Made by a program: the position numbers and the translations under genes. Under the pieces are notes generated by a model, which saw nothing but the letters and a program-made list of their open reading frames with translations, made no database searches and had not been told where the DNA came from. Positions 25,231-37,821 of a DNA stretch of 60,000 bases are shown here, piece by piece. Location of the stretch: contig OZ076413.1 in assembly GCA_964187785.1 (NCBI GenBank), forward strand, positions 42,658,001-42,718,000, written 5' to 3'. Position 1 is the first letter of the stretch, and each line of letters opens with the position of its first letter. Source of the stretch: Amphiscolops sp. MND2022. Its lineage: Eukaryota.

Positions 25231-25687
25231 AGCAACTGTTGATCTAAACATCTCGGCTTCTGATATCCCTCGATTGCGATTTTAGGAGCTCTTTGACGTC
25301 AATTCTTTTAGTACTACCGAATTTAGCAATATCAATTTTGTTCTATTTAATTATACCGTGTGTCTTATATATTAATTCCGTGATAAACTTGAAAGATTAT
25401 GTCGAAAAACATTTACAGATTTGCCTTTGAATTTCACGGAGTGATCATAAATAGTACCATACAATATGAATGAGTCGTGCAAAGATACTCGTGTTCATCT
25501 AAGACTTGAAATATGTATCGGAAAACTATATTCATCATAGATTCCCCGCGGAAATAGAAGTGATATCTGGAAAAATCATAAAAATCCTTGAACACGGGAT
25601 CTCGTGAAATAATCAAGACAGACCAGACAGGATTAAGTGTGAAAACTTCAAGCGTTGGTATTACCGGTACGTGTTTGGTGTGTTTAG

Positions 25688-25889
25688 CTGTGGGGCGTGA
25701 TCAAACAAGGAGTGCGGTGTCGGATTTGTGGTCTGAATGCACACAAGCATTGCTCCGCCCACATCGTGATGGAATGCAGGGGTCGTTTCTCCTCCTCTTC
25801 TTCGGGGGTGGGGGGACCGTGTCAAGACTCATACAGCACCAGTAGCAACAGCAGCACCAAGTCATCTATTGAGCCCAACAGAGATCAAG
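25688..25889 (+). CDS. RASGRP: RasGRP exon: second half of C1 ([30 protein letters not shown]) plus Ser-rich linker
   Basis: TTTAG acceptor and G|GTACC donor, phase 0/1. LWGVIKQG is the RasGRP C1 signature. Confidence 0.92.
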
Positions 25890-26948
25890 GTACCACCGGT
25901 CAATTATGATAACTTAGTCCAAACGAAGACAGTAGAGAAGTCTTTGAAAGAATATTTAAGTATATTTAGAACTATAAAATATTCTGATGTGGAAGTGGAT
26001 TCAAATAGTTTCGCTTTAACCACACTTTTTACTGAACAGAAAAAACTCAATTTGTTTTATGAAGGCGACTCCGATACAACGTTGGAACAGGCATCGAAAA
26101 CACGTAAGCCGAAATGAATAAAAATAACGTAACGAAAAAATCTATAAAAGCGCAGTTTACGATATGATTTTCTGCCATGGCCGTTTTTATTCTAGCAAAA
26201 AATGTTTCTCTCAGCCGGTTTTTCTCAAAGTTTTCCATATATACTTCAATATAGTCTAGTTTTGAACTCTTAGGATGAAGTTTCTTCTACATCGTTGAGT
26301 TACGAGAAAATAGGTGTAGAGATATCTAGAACTTTCAGGAACAAGTGCCTCAAAATCAAAAACCCGTTCATATAAATATTCATTTTCAAGTTTTCCGATG
26401 CTAAAATAAACAAATTGCGTCAAGTCAAGGCACTATAAAATTAGCTCTTTTGAACGAACTGTTATAATTTTTTGTTGAACTCCCTTACAATTAATTTAAC
26501 ATGAATTCAAATCAAAATTTATCTAAAACCATAAATAAAGACAATATAGAAACTGTTTTCAATTACAGTCGAACTTTTTAAACGTTTCAAATTGGTTAAC
26601 TCAGAAGAACTTTAGAACGTACAAGCTGATCCGATCTTGACCAAAAAAAGAGGAATATGCAACGTGACATCATTTATCAGTTGTCATTTTTCAATACCAA
26701 AAAAGAAACGAACACTGAATTGTCACTGTGGAATACCAAGGTCAACCTGCCACATTTCATTACTTGAGTCAATTTAGACAGAGAGTTGTTTAAACACTAT
26801 TTACATACAAACTCTAATTGATTTTTCTCGCATTTATGTTTAGATGATTTGCATACATACAATTCGTTTGTTAAACTACGAGATACATCAACTGAAAAGA
26901 TACTTACTCCCCGAACACTGTTTTAATAGTAACTACGAGGTCTTAACA

Positions 26949-28610
26949 TGGCGCAGTAGCAAGATTTTTACTCTTTTCATACATTACAAAACCTTTTTAA
27001 CACCACACCAACATAACATGGCCATGGCAACAAAGATACAACTACCATACCTAGAAGACACCGGACTCAACGGAAAGAAAATGTATATGCCCAAAGAATG
27101 GACCGAACGATTTCGGCATTACATGAAAAGAATCCGAATCCACACTATCGACATCAAACAAATATTAACGGACGACACGGTACCCGCTGTAGAAAACTGG
27201 AACACAAAAGAACCAGAAATTAGACAAGACTTCATATGGGGCACCGGACCATCAGCAACTGAAATTATCACAAAAGGAGCTTGACACAATCAAAATCGAT
27301 AAACTACTACAGTTATTCCAGCAATACTACATGCCAAAAAAAACGCCTACCACAGCCGTGGAGATTTTTTCTGGGCAAAGCAAGGAAGACAATGAGACAC
27401 CCGAAGAACACTGGAACAAACTGATAACACTAGAAAAGAACTGTGACTTTAAAAACATAAAACAGGAAGACCTCCTTATATCAAAATTTATCACTAGCAC
27501 AACCGACAAAAAACTTCGGGAAAACTTATCCGTGAAAAGACCCTAGACTTGAAAACAACCGTGGAACTTGTCACCCAAAATAGCTTTGACCGTCGACACA
27601 CACAATACCACCCGCCTTGGCAAAAGACAAAGGAAAAAACAAAAACCTATCCAAAAGATCCGAGCGAAACAAAATCGAAATCAACCGAAGAAAAACATTT
27701 GTGGATTCCGCGGACAACATAACTGGAACCCCCAACACAACTGCCCGGCAAAAACGGTAAAATGCAACAGTTGCCAGAAAATAGGAAACTTTGCACGGCT
27801 GTGCCGCGGGAAACCAAACAACAATACAAGAAACATCAACTGTCTAGGGGACATAACATCAGAAGAAGACAACGATGAAAGCGAGCCCGAAGAAATACGC
27901 CAAATCAAACAAGTGAACAAAATAACACCGGACAACAACGACCACTACGGCGTTTAAATAAAAATAAACGGCGAAAAACCAAAATTCATCATCGACACTG
28001 GCTCTGAGACAATGGCACACCATTGAGAGAAAGATACCAAGAAGTGAACAAAAACGGTATCAAATTCCTGGGGAAAGTTTGGGTAAATATTGAATACAAC
28101 AACACACAAATCAAACTACCACTCCTGATGACGAAAAGAACCGATATAACACCCCTACTAGGAGTGAATCGGTAAAAGCAACTACCAATCACCATCAACG
28201 GAAGTTCACTGGGATAAAGAAACCAACCAATCAGAAACGACGATACACATAAAGTTCAAGAAACTATTTGGAACAAACCACACAATCAAAAATACCGAAG
28301 TAAAGAAACAGATCAAACCGGGATGCTATCCAATACAACAGAAAGCACGACCAAAACCATACAACCTACAATACGACGTAAAAACCAATTAGACCGACTA
28401 ATAAAATCCGGACACCTAGAAAGACAAGAAAAAATCGAAGAAGATTGCTTCGTATCTGCCGTAGTATTTACGGTAAAAAAGACAAAACAGTCAAAATCGC
28501 ACTTGATGCCCGTAAACTAAAAGATTGCTGCATCAAGAAGAGACCACACATGTCGAACATGTTTTAATTACTCAATCAAGTCTCATCCGAACTATCAAAA
28601 AAGAGCTAGA
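26949..28610 (+). mobile_element. Decayed Ty3/Gypsy fragment (PBS, gag, protease, start of RT) in a RasGRP intron
   Basis: ...AACA|TGGCGCAGTAG PBS-like junction, frameshifted gag pieces with the knuckle CNSCQKIGNFARLC, protease FIIDTGS (~27985) and RT N-terminal remnants (~28440-28560). Confidence 0.85.
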
Positions 28611-28979
28611 CCCAAACAAGTAGAAACCCGCTCGATCTTATTATGCAAACACCTGAAGAGTTTTTCCTTCTATGTGAATAGCATTTTCCCTCCATGTAAG
28701 TTTCAATTATATCTCAATCAATTATTTTTTTTTCTAGGAAAACTTCGGCGGTAAAATAAATAAACGTAAATTCAAGTTGAATATAATCGAACGACCACTT
28801 ACTTCTAGTACCACCGTTTATATTTGAAACTCCAGCTTTTTCCAGTAGTAAAATTCTCCGAACTACGTTGCTGTGGATTGCACTCGATCTATATATGGTA
28901 AATTGAAAAATCGGTTTTTCTCTACGAGTTTTTCAATGCGAAAGTACTTTTGCTAGTAAAAGTCAGCAAAAAAGTTACT

Positions 28980-29455
28980 TTCAAAGAAATTGCACGACTC
29001 TTACAGTGGCTAGTTTTTTTCGTCAGTTCAACGCGATCGGTTCACTTTTTTGTTCATTTGTTCAACTTCTTGGCCGACTAAATTTCTGGTGTCTGAGAAG
29101 CTGGAGAGCGGGGGTTCGACTCTCGCACTAAATTACATTTTTTTAATACTTCAAAAGTATAGTGGAGACCAAAGGGTCCCCCCTTTGCGGTTGTTTTCGG
29201 CCCTGTGCGACTTTTTACCGAAAATTTTCGAATTCTATCAAAGTGTATCCACTTGAATTGTTTTGAAGTTGTCGGTTTAAAGAAAACTTTTAATGCGCCT
29301 GAACGGTCTCTTTTTGTGTTTTTTGGCATTATGCAATTTTTTTACCAAATGCTTTTTTTGAAAAAAAAATTCCAAATGTTTCCAATTGTTGTTTCTTGAA
29401 TAATTTTGAGCCTTAGATATGAAACCGACTTGGGCCGTTCCCGGCTTGTTTTTTT
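28980..29455 (+). mobile_element. Helentron/DINE-1-like element, family B
   Basis: CACGACTCTTACAGTGGCTAGTTTTTT head and CCTTAGATAT...CCGACTTGGGCCGTTCCCGGCTTGTTT tail. Confidence 0.65.
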
Positions 29456-30239
29456 GCTGAAGTTTTTCATTTTCATGCTGTATAACAAAAGTATATAATT
29501 TTTTTATGAATGTAATCCCACGCTCTCAATACAATCTCATACGGGAGAGTATTGTCAGCCTGGAGCCATAAAAAGAAAATTAGGATAATGTAGTCAATTA
29601 ACGCATACACTGATGAAATTACAAGATATTCCTCAACCAAAGGTCCAATAAAATAACCAAATTGAAAACAAGGTAGCAATCATCAATTTTGGGCATCTTT
29701 TGCAGAATTATTGGTAATTTGGTAAGTAATCGAGAATCACACTGCAAAGTAGGTAGTGCTATAACGAAAGAGTTAGTTTTCAACTAAGGAGTGGCTGAGA
29801 ACAAATTGAGTTACTATAGTTTGATTTCAACTCCGCCAAGAGCTTAACGGAGTTCTGACCTGCAATGTATCGTTCGCAGATACAAAAGGTCGAATGTGGC
29901 TCCATTGCCCTCAACCTATAAAGCTGGCTGTTCTCAATATTTGAAAGTTTTTGTTTGGGTTGCATGTCACGTCAACACACGTTTGGAACAAAAAATAATG
30001 ATTCCAGGCCGATCATACTCTGGACCATTTATGATTCCAGGCCGATCATGCCAAGATCAAAGTAAGGACATTTGTATGATTTATATGGTGCCATAATATG
30101 GTCAGATTATGATCGGCCTGGTCGGGAAAGCCGGGTTCTGATTTTTAGCATATTCCACTGAAATGCTTCATAAGAAATTGCACATTGAAAAAACGCAGTA
30201 GGGGGCCCTTTAAACTTGAAAAATATCCTAACTGGAAAC

Positions 30240-30726
30240 AAAAGCAAGCCGGAAACGGCCCAAGTCGGCTTCATATCTAAGGCTCAAAAATATTCAAGGA
30301 ACAACAATTAGAAACATTTGGATTTTTTTCAAAAAAAAGTATTTGGTAAAAAAATTGCATGTTGCCGAAAAACCCAAAAAGAGACCCTTTAGGCTCAATA
30401 AACGTTTTTTACAAACCGAAAACTTCAAAAAATTCAAGGGGGTACCCTTTGATACATTTCAAAACTTTTCGGAAAAATGTCGCATAGTGCCGAAAAAAAC
30501 CGCAAAGGGGGGACCCTTCGGTCTCCACTATACTTTTGAAGCATAAAAATTTTGTGATTTAGTGCGAGAATTGAATCCACGCTCTTCTGCTTCTCAGACA
30601 CCAGAAAATTAGTCGGCAAAGAAGTTGAACAAATGAACAAAAAAGTGGACCGATCGTGTTGAACTGACGAAAAAAAACTAGCCAGTGTAAGAGTCGTGCA
30701 TTTTCTTCGAAAACGCGGACTAAAAA
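30240..30726 (-). mobile_element. Helentron/DINE-1-like element, family B (inverted relative to the 28980 copy)
   Basis: Reverse-complement similarity to 28980..29455; the shadow ORFs FICSTS.PT.FLVSEK occur on opposite strands. Confidence 0.65.
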
Positions 30727-31523
30727 TGAAAACCCCAAGTGAAATGCAAAAAACTGTTCCAAATAGAGTGGCTGGTCATGGTGGTGATAACTTTTTGGTC
30801 GCTAAATTCTTTTCAACTAGTTTTTAATCGCTCGAAGATACAATATGACTCGAAGATAGCGCCAGAATTTCGAGTGAAGCGCTTTTTTATTGTAATTTGA
30901 AATGAATAAGAAAACGGTATTCATTTTGTACAAATTGAAAAGATGGTCAGATGCGAACACCATATTGTTTTTGGCAAAAAGTAAAATCAAAAGGGTGTAA
31001 CGTCAAAGATTGGGATATGGCGCATTTTTGATCGAAATGGACAATATGTCAGAGAGCAGTACTTTTAAACTTCAATTTGATACGATACAAAGTTCGACAC
31101 AAGTTAGACGCGAACTCCCGCTAGAGGGTGACTGATTGGTGGAAAAAAATTCAAAAAATATATACAAAGCTAAAAAAAACCCTAAAGGGTGATCTTTCGG
31201 GCTGAAATTTCTTGCAACGGAAAACATCAAAAACATCGAAGGAGATATCCCTTGGTGAAATGAGTTTTTCAGGAAACGTGAGACAGTGCCACAGTTACCC
31301 AACATGGTGAACTATTAATGTTCGGAAAACGATTTTTCCCTACCAAATCGAAAAATTCGAAAGAAGATCCCCAGTGACACTTGAAAATTTTCGAAAGAAC
31401 CGAGGAGCTCTTTGATCGCTTTCAAATTTTCAGTTGATAAAACTGTAGTAGACTTAAAAGGAGACCATGTGGCACCCCTGGATGCACTTTAGATCTTATG
31501 CCAGCTGAAATAAAAACAGCACA

Positions 31524-32336
31524 AACCAGAGCCGCATGTGCGGTAAAGGAGTCGGCTTAGGTTTTTTTCTGAAGTCGAAAAATGGCCCTTTTTTGACCAT
31601 TTTTGGGCTAATTTTGGCTATGTTTCTCACATCCCAGCCATACGATTTTGATGCCATTGCACATATAGGACTCTAATATGGTGTAGAATATCTGTAGAAA
31701 ATTTCGTTCGAATCGTATGGACAGTTTTTGAGAAAATCGAAAAAAGTCGAAAAATGGCTGTTTTTTGGCCATTTTTGGGCTAATTTTGGCTATGTTTCTC
31801 ACATCCCAGCCATACGATTTTGATGCCATTGCACATATAGGACTCTAATATGGTGTAGAATATCTGTAGAAAATTTCGTTCGAATCGTATGGACAGTTTT
31901 TGAGAAAATCGAAAAAAGTCGAAAAATGGCTGTTTTTTGGCCATTTTTGGGCTAATTTTGGCTATGTTTCTCACATCCCAGCCATACGATTTTGATGCCA
32001 TTGCACATATAGGACTCTAATATGGTGTATAATAACTGTAGAAAATTTCGTTCGAATCGTATGGACAGTTTTTGAGAAAATCGAAAAAAGTCGAAAAATG
32101 GCTGTTTTTTGGCCATTTTTGGGCTAATTTTGGCTATGTTTCTCACATCCCAGCCATACGATTTTGATGGCTTTGCACACGCAGGGGCCCCTTTGGGTGT
32201 AGAATGACTGTGCAAAATTTCGTGAAAATCGTATGGACAGTTTTTGAGAAATTTGAAATTTTCATGAAAAGGTCGGGAGAAAAAAAAAACAACACGATTG
32301 CATAAGTAGTCGAAAATTTTTTCCGACTCCTAAAAA
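31524..32336 (-). mobile_element. Helentron/DINE-1-like element, family A, with an internal 172-bp tandem array (~3.5 units)
   Basis: Subterminal IR AGGAGTCGG/CCGACTCCT, terminal hairpin CCGCATGTGCGG and T-rich ends. The 172-bp period is shown by identical ORFs at 31608 and 31780 and a near-identical one at 31952. A second copy lies at 45986. Confidence 0.7.
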
Positions 32337-33111
32337 CGTTTCCCGAAAAAGTTGCACAACGCCTTAAATCCCAACGCCGAGTTCCTGTTATATCTTTGGG
32401 TTTCGCAACAAAAACAATTTTAGTCCTGCACGTCATCCCAAAAACTTCCCACTTAAAAAATTGTCCTAAAACTTTCTACCGAAAAAGCTAATGAGGTTCT
32501 AATCATGAAATTGTTTATAAAAAGTGAATGCTCCAGGGTGAGATAAAAAAACACAAATGGTCAGTGAGAGCCTGCCTTTTTTCTTCAAAAATCGCCTAAA
32601 ATAGTTTCAGATGTTGTTCAGATAAAAAAACAGCATATTTGTGTAATTTGCGAAAAATGTTTCAACCATTGAGTTTGCAATTTACATATAATTGCTTAAA
32701 CTTTGTTTTGAAAGGAAACCATTGTTTTGGAATCTTTCCGTGGTTAAAAAAATTTATAGTTTTCTGTCATGGATCGATTGGGGAATCATGGGTTCCTATC
32801 ATAGTTATGATCATGGATGATTAGCCATGATCCGAATGTACTGAAAATCACCATGAATGATTGTCCATGGTTCGAATGTAATGCCATGAAAAAGCCATTT
32901 TAAAAAATGAAAAGCCAAGAACGAGCCATGATGGTCAACGGGCCAGCTACAAGGATCCTTATAAGGTAAATGCAGTTATATGTAGATTTGAAACACACAA
33001 TTCAGTGAAAACATGCAAACATGCAGTTATGTAAATTTTAATTACACGTTTGAGTAAAATTATGAAAATATCTTTGATATTGTTTTTATGGAAAGTGATT
33101 GCAATATTATG

Positions 33112-33601
33112 TTTTTAGTCGGCGCTTTTTGTGAAGCAAAAATTGCCCAACTCTTTAAATGACCTTTTTTTCTCCAGACCACAGACCTCACCCTTTAAAG
33201 TCCACTTTTTACAGAAACTACTGAAACTACTGAGGCCAAGTCCGGCCAGTGGAAACTCAGTGCAAAGGGTCCCCCTTTATTTTTTAGTTTTTTAGCGTAA
33301 ACTACAAAACAGGGCGAGACTAAAGGGTCCCCACTTTATTTTTTTCTGCGCTCGGAGACATTTTTTTGGAATTTTTTGTCTCCAAAGGGTCCTCCCTTCT
33401 GTTTTATTGATGTCCCCCTCGTAATATCCGAAGTGAAGCGCTATATCCGAACTTATGACGGTATATCCGAACTATATTGCGCTTTATTAAGGAGGCGGAG
33501 GTTCGAAATTAGTTTTTCATGAAAACGTTCAACGCATATTTTAAAAACTGCGCTTCTTGAGCCTTACATATAGCGCCCACTTTAGACGTTTCCGTCTTGT
33601 T
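33112..33601 (+). mobile_element. Helentron/DINE-1-like element, family B
   Basis: TTTTTAGTCGGCGC start and GCGCCCACTTTAGACGTTTCCGTCTTGTT end, as in the 18171 copy. Confidence 0.6.
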
Positions 33602-34636
33602 AGATCAAAATTTAGGGATAATCTATCTTGATATCACTCATTATCACCCAGGGGAGATCCACTTTTACGCTTATCGTAGTAAGACCGTAGCAAGATCGAA
33701 ACAACAATAGACCTCATGTTACGATACCTTGTACAAATCTTAACGAAATGCATACTTCCCAATATTTCTCTAACAGTAAATACTAAAGCTGTTTTAAATT
33801 GTGTTCCATAGTCTATTGATTTCACTAAATTTTACATTCGCTGTCAATGTTTGCAAAAGCCCTTTCAATGACTTCCGGCATAGCATTATCTGATAATTTT
33901 TCATATTAGCAACTTGGAGTTGCCCAAAATATGTAATTTCATCTAATTTTTAAATTTAAATATTGGTGCTTGAGAGTAAGCCGCTGTCAAATGCAAAGAT
34001 TAGCATAGAAGACAAACTCTGCCCAGCGTTATAGCTTCAACCTGTGGGTTCGTGTGTGTTCCCGGTGTGAAAACCACTTTTTCTAATTTGCTTACAAATC
34101 GTACTGCTACTTTCCAAAGTAGTGGCTTGAATTGGGGTAGGAAGTGAAGGGATTTTTTTTAAATTCTAGCGTGCGTCGCGGACACTGTATACGAACTCTA
34201 ATCATACGGTTCGTAGTACGATCTTACTATGACATTACGCCAATCGTTAGGTGCACTTAAGAATTCGTTCAAGTTAATCGAATTAATTCAAACTTATTGA
34301 GTCATTTGTATGAAATAACTTTTTCATTTCGTTGTTGTTGTTTACTGAGGAGTGAAAATTATAATTTTATATAGATTTAATCAGTATCCATTAAGTTGGC
34401 GTTGTTAAAGAGGAAGTACGCAACGTTTCTCTCGACGAAATATATCACGACGAAATTTCTGGTGACAAACTTCTTACCTCCCACTCGTAAGAGGTCGTGA
34501 AAAAATCATCAACATGTAAATTATGTGTGCTGATTTACCTCATTTGAGAAGAACATTTATTTGCTGCAATTCCATTGTCATGAATAAAGTAAAATTGCGT
34601 TATGAAAAGCGAAGAAAATTCAAATTGCATTCGCAG

Positions 34637-34810
34637 ATTTAACATTGGACGCCAAGCGGAGAATGTCAAAACGTCATCGACCATTCCGGGAGCGCAGTTG
34701 CCAGACAGACCACAGCTGTTTGACCCCCAGAGGTCACGGACAGGTGGGATTGGAAATATCAGGGGGCCGGGCAATTACATCATCACAACATATGCACTCC
34801 CCATCTGCAG
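34637..34810 (+). CDS. RASGRP: RasGRP exon (DLTLDAKRRMSKRHRPFRERSCQTDH...HSPSA)
   Basis: TCGCAG acceptor, G|GTGAGA donor, phase 1/1, compatible with both neighbours. GC-richer than its flanks. Confidence 0.75.
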
Positions 34811-35432
34811 GTGAGAGATGTTCGTATAGAATGTCTGATAAAATTATTTCATGAAAAAAATTGGTTTATTTAGGTTGCATCAAATTTTTGGTACTCAAAT
34901 TTTAATGCAGTTTCGATTTGATATTCCTAGTTATTGGCATATTGCAAACGATCTAAAACAATAATGTCCAGAGACAAAACTTGGACACTCAGAAAATGGT
35001 GGAAGACACGGGCGTTTTACAAGTTCTTAAAGATAAAGGTTTGATATTTTTTGGCCTCAAGACGTAGCTGATTGAAAAGGTAGTTGTTTGTATAACCGAA
35101 CGAGCTTTAAGAAGAGCCAATATAAAGCCGATCTCAAATCCGATTGGACGACGAAAAACGCATTTACCGCCTTGATTTTCATTGACTCTAACCGGTTGCA
35201 AAGTTACATAATAGTTTCATCATTCAAAGATCACTGTCCAATGGAGCGACCAATCACGATTAAAAATTCAATTCGTTCTGCTATAATTTTTCTGCATTAT
35301 GACCGTTCGGCTATACAACCTACCACCAATTGAAAATTATTGCGGGAAAGAAGATGAATTGCTCATTTTTTAGCATTATTATCATTATGTAGTCCCCTTC
35401 TGAATGTATTTTACACAACCTCACTGCAATAG

Positions 35433-35659
35433 GTGGAAGTCCAGCGGCAGGAGGAGGAGGAGGAACAGGGGGTGGAGGTGTTCCAGGGGTGCCAGTGCAA
35501 CCTGGTGCTGGAAGGACAGGGCGGGTAGGGATGGCAGGTGCGTACCAGAGCAGTTACAGCTCCGACTACAGCAGTCTAGAGAGTTCCAGCCTCCCCTATG
35601 CCAACAACCCCGAAGACGAACTTACTCTTCTCAGTGAGAGGCTACGTCAGTACGAAGAG
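35433..35659 (+). CDS. RASGRP: RasGRP exon: Gly/Ser-rich segment and start of coiled coil (...EDELTLLSERLRQYEE)
   Basis: AATAG acceptor, GTGAGT donor, phase 1/0. Confidence 0.78.
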
Positions 35660-36451
35660 GTGAGTAGTTTCATTTATTTAGGTCAATTCAACTAACCCCC
35701 TGACAAGATATCAAAAGAGTCATATATGTAAACTAGTTGTTTTAAATAAAAATGTTCTATGGTTATGCTATGACTCATGTTTCTCGAATATGTTTTTCAT
35801 CATTAAATGATCTTGATGTTGATTGTTAAACCGGGTTTATTTCTCTCTAAAAATATCCCATAGTTATAGCCGTTTACGGTATAAGCTGAAGGCGCAACCA
35901 GCGGCCATGCTATTTTAGCTGTTTTATCAACAACGGACACATTGAAGGTTTTTGAATTCGCAAACTGAATAGATGTAACAAAAGCGCTCATCTACTTTTC
36001 ATTTTGACATTCACTCTTTTGTTTAAAAAAACATTTTGAATTTGTTTCATGGCCGTTGGTTTTGAATGGTAATTGTATGACTGAACTGATGACCATGTAA
36101 GACTTTCAATGATCTGCATGTTTTTGTTTGGAAGCCAACCCGGGGGGACTTTTTGCTTTTTGTTTTTCCTCTTCCAATATAAACTGAATGCTCGGACGAC
36201 AACATTTCCGTTGAAAAGATTTTTTAAACTTAGCCATGACTGTGGGGTTACGAAACTGGTTCAAGATAAACTTTTCCTAAACCTAAAGTATATTACTAAA
36301 GTATATTTTAATTAGTAATCTATTGGTCATTCTTGATTATTTGTATAAAATAAAAAATAGAAAAAGACTTCATTTTCGTTCATTCATCTAGCAAAAATCT
36401 AAAGACATGGCGATAAACAAAATCGATTTTGTTCATCTCCATGTCTTTAGA

Positions 36452-36633
36452 TTTTTAGAAAAAAAATATGAAACTGTACATTTTGGCTCAGAAAAACAGA
36501 GTTGCGTGTTACGTACTCGCACATCGGTGATTGGAATATTGATCAATATTCCGATCACCGATGAGCGAGTACGTAACACGCAACTCTGTTTTTCTGAGCC
36601 AAAATGTACAGTTCCATATTTTTTTCTACAAAA
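36452..36633. repeat. Near-perfect ~180-bp palindrome (foldback MITE-like), centred on GATC at 36541..36544
   Basis: Arms are reverse complements with only a few mismatches and no spacer. Confidence 0.95.
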
Positions 36634-36715
36634 CTTCACCGCCTAAGTCCAAATTTTAAATAGAAAAGAATGAAATAAAAAAGTCGAAATTTTGATGAAC
36701 TTCTCTTTGTTCCAG

Positions 36716-36964
36716 AACCGAGAAGCGCTGGTATCGGACAACAACCGTTTGGTAAGGGAACTCTTCGCAGCCCAGGAAAGGTCACGCCAACTAGAGAAAC
36801 AGATAAAAGAAATCAAGGAGAACACCATGAACTTTCTCATGCAACAGGTCAACACCCTGCAACTGCCTAGGTCAAAGCAGCCCTCAGTTGACCTTTCACC
36901 CACTGCCAGCAGATCCAGCGAGAGTCTGGACAAAACAGGGTCAGGTCGTGACACTCACGTCTGA
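36716..36964 (+). CDS. RASGRP: RasGRP terminal exon: coiled coil, ends ...GRDTHV*
   Basis: Strong pyrimidine tract plus TTCCAG acceptor, phase 0, heptad pattern, TGA at 36962..36964. Confidence 0.8.
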   Translation, partial: NREALVSDNNRLVRELFAAQERSRQLEKQIKEIKENTMNFLMQQVNTLQLPRSKQPSVDLSPTASRSSESLDKTGSGRDTHV

Positions 36965-37821
36965 ATAAACTGTCTTTTTGAACTTTTCCAAACTTACTTT
37001 TCAAACTAGCTTTTTCATTCTTCTTTTGGGTGGTCCAATCCGGTTTTAGCATCTGTACGGCTTTAATTTTTAAACATCAAATTTCTTTGTATTTAAAAAC
37101 GATTCGTTCTGCCGTGTTCATTTAAACACGTTTTTTAGTGTGCTAATTATAACTTTCCTTTGAATACTACATCCATGATCATCCTAACAAAAGTTTTTTC
37201 TCGATTTTATTGATCTTTGTGAGTACAAGAATAAAACTGTTTTTCAAGAACTTAAGTTTAACGTTTTGGCAAAAAAAGACTGCATTTTTCTAGTTGTTAT
37301 TATCGTTTAGTTCTTTCTGCAGAATTGTCACGAAAAATAATATTAGTATGAAAAAAATCGAAAAACTCCAACATTTTGATTGAAGTTCCTCGAAAAATTG
37401 AAGACAAAAGCCGTAGTTTTGCACCCCTGTATAGACTGATATTGATATTGACATAACGAGAATTTCCACATGTCTCTTCGATGTTATTATCGGTATGTAG
37501 TTTAGAATCCCAATTTGAATAGTATTAGCCATCTGAAATTTATTTATATTTCTTTCTGTTGACCTATTCATCGAATTTATGTTAGTTGCTAAATCGTTTT
37601 CACGTCGATTTCAATCTTCCACGGCATAGGTTCCTAAAGGGTCTCGTCCGATGCCGATAAAATAGAAATGTCATCAATACAAGAATTATAACATGATCAA
37701 CGTTGCAACCCGAACATAGATTTTGGGACATTCCATCGCTTCCACGTCCAGTATAAGATTTGGAAAGATGGAAAAGTGCGATTATACGAGAGCGGAAAGT
37801 TTTCGACTCGTTGCCGTTTTC

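Noticed and set aside
31608..32436. Repeated 73-aa ORFs as a tandem gene family
   Set aside because: Translations of the 172-bp non-coding unit, whose length is not a multiple of 3.
35404..35637. Arg-rich ORF (RRRRRNRGW)
   Set aside because: Alternative frame of the GGA-rich RasGRP exon; splice phases support the Gly-rich frame.
36407..36646. Mirror ORFs on both strands
   Set aside because: A direct consequence of the palindrome.
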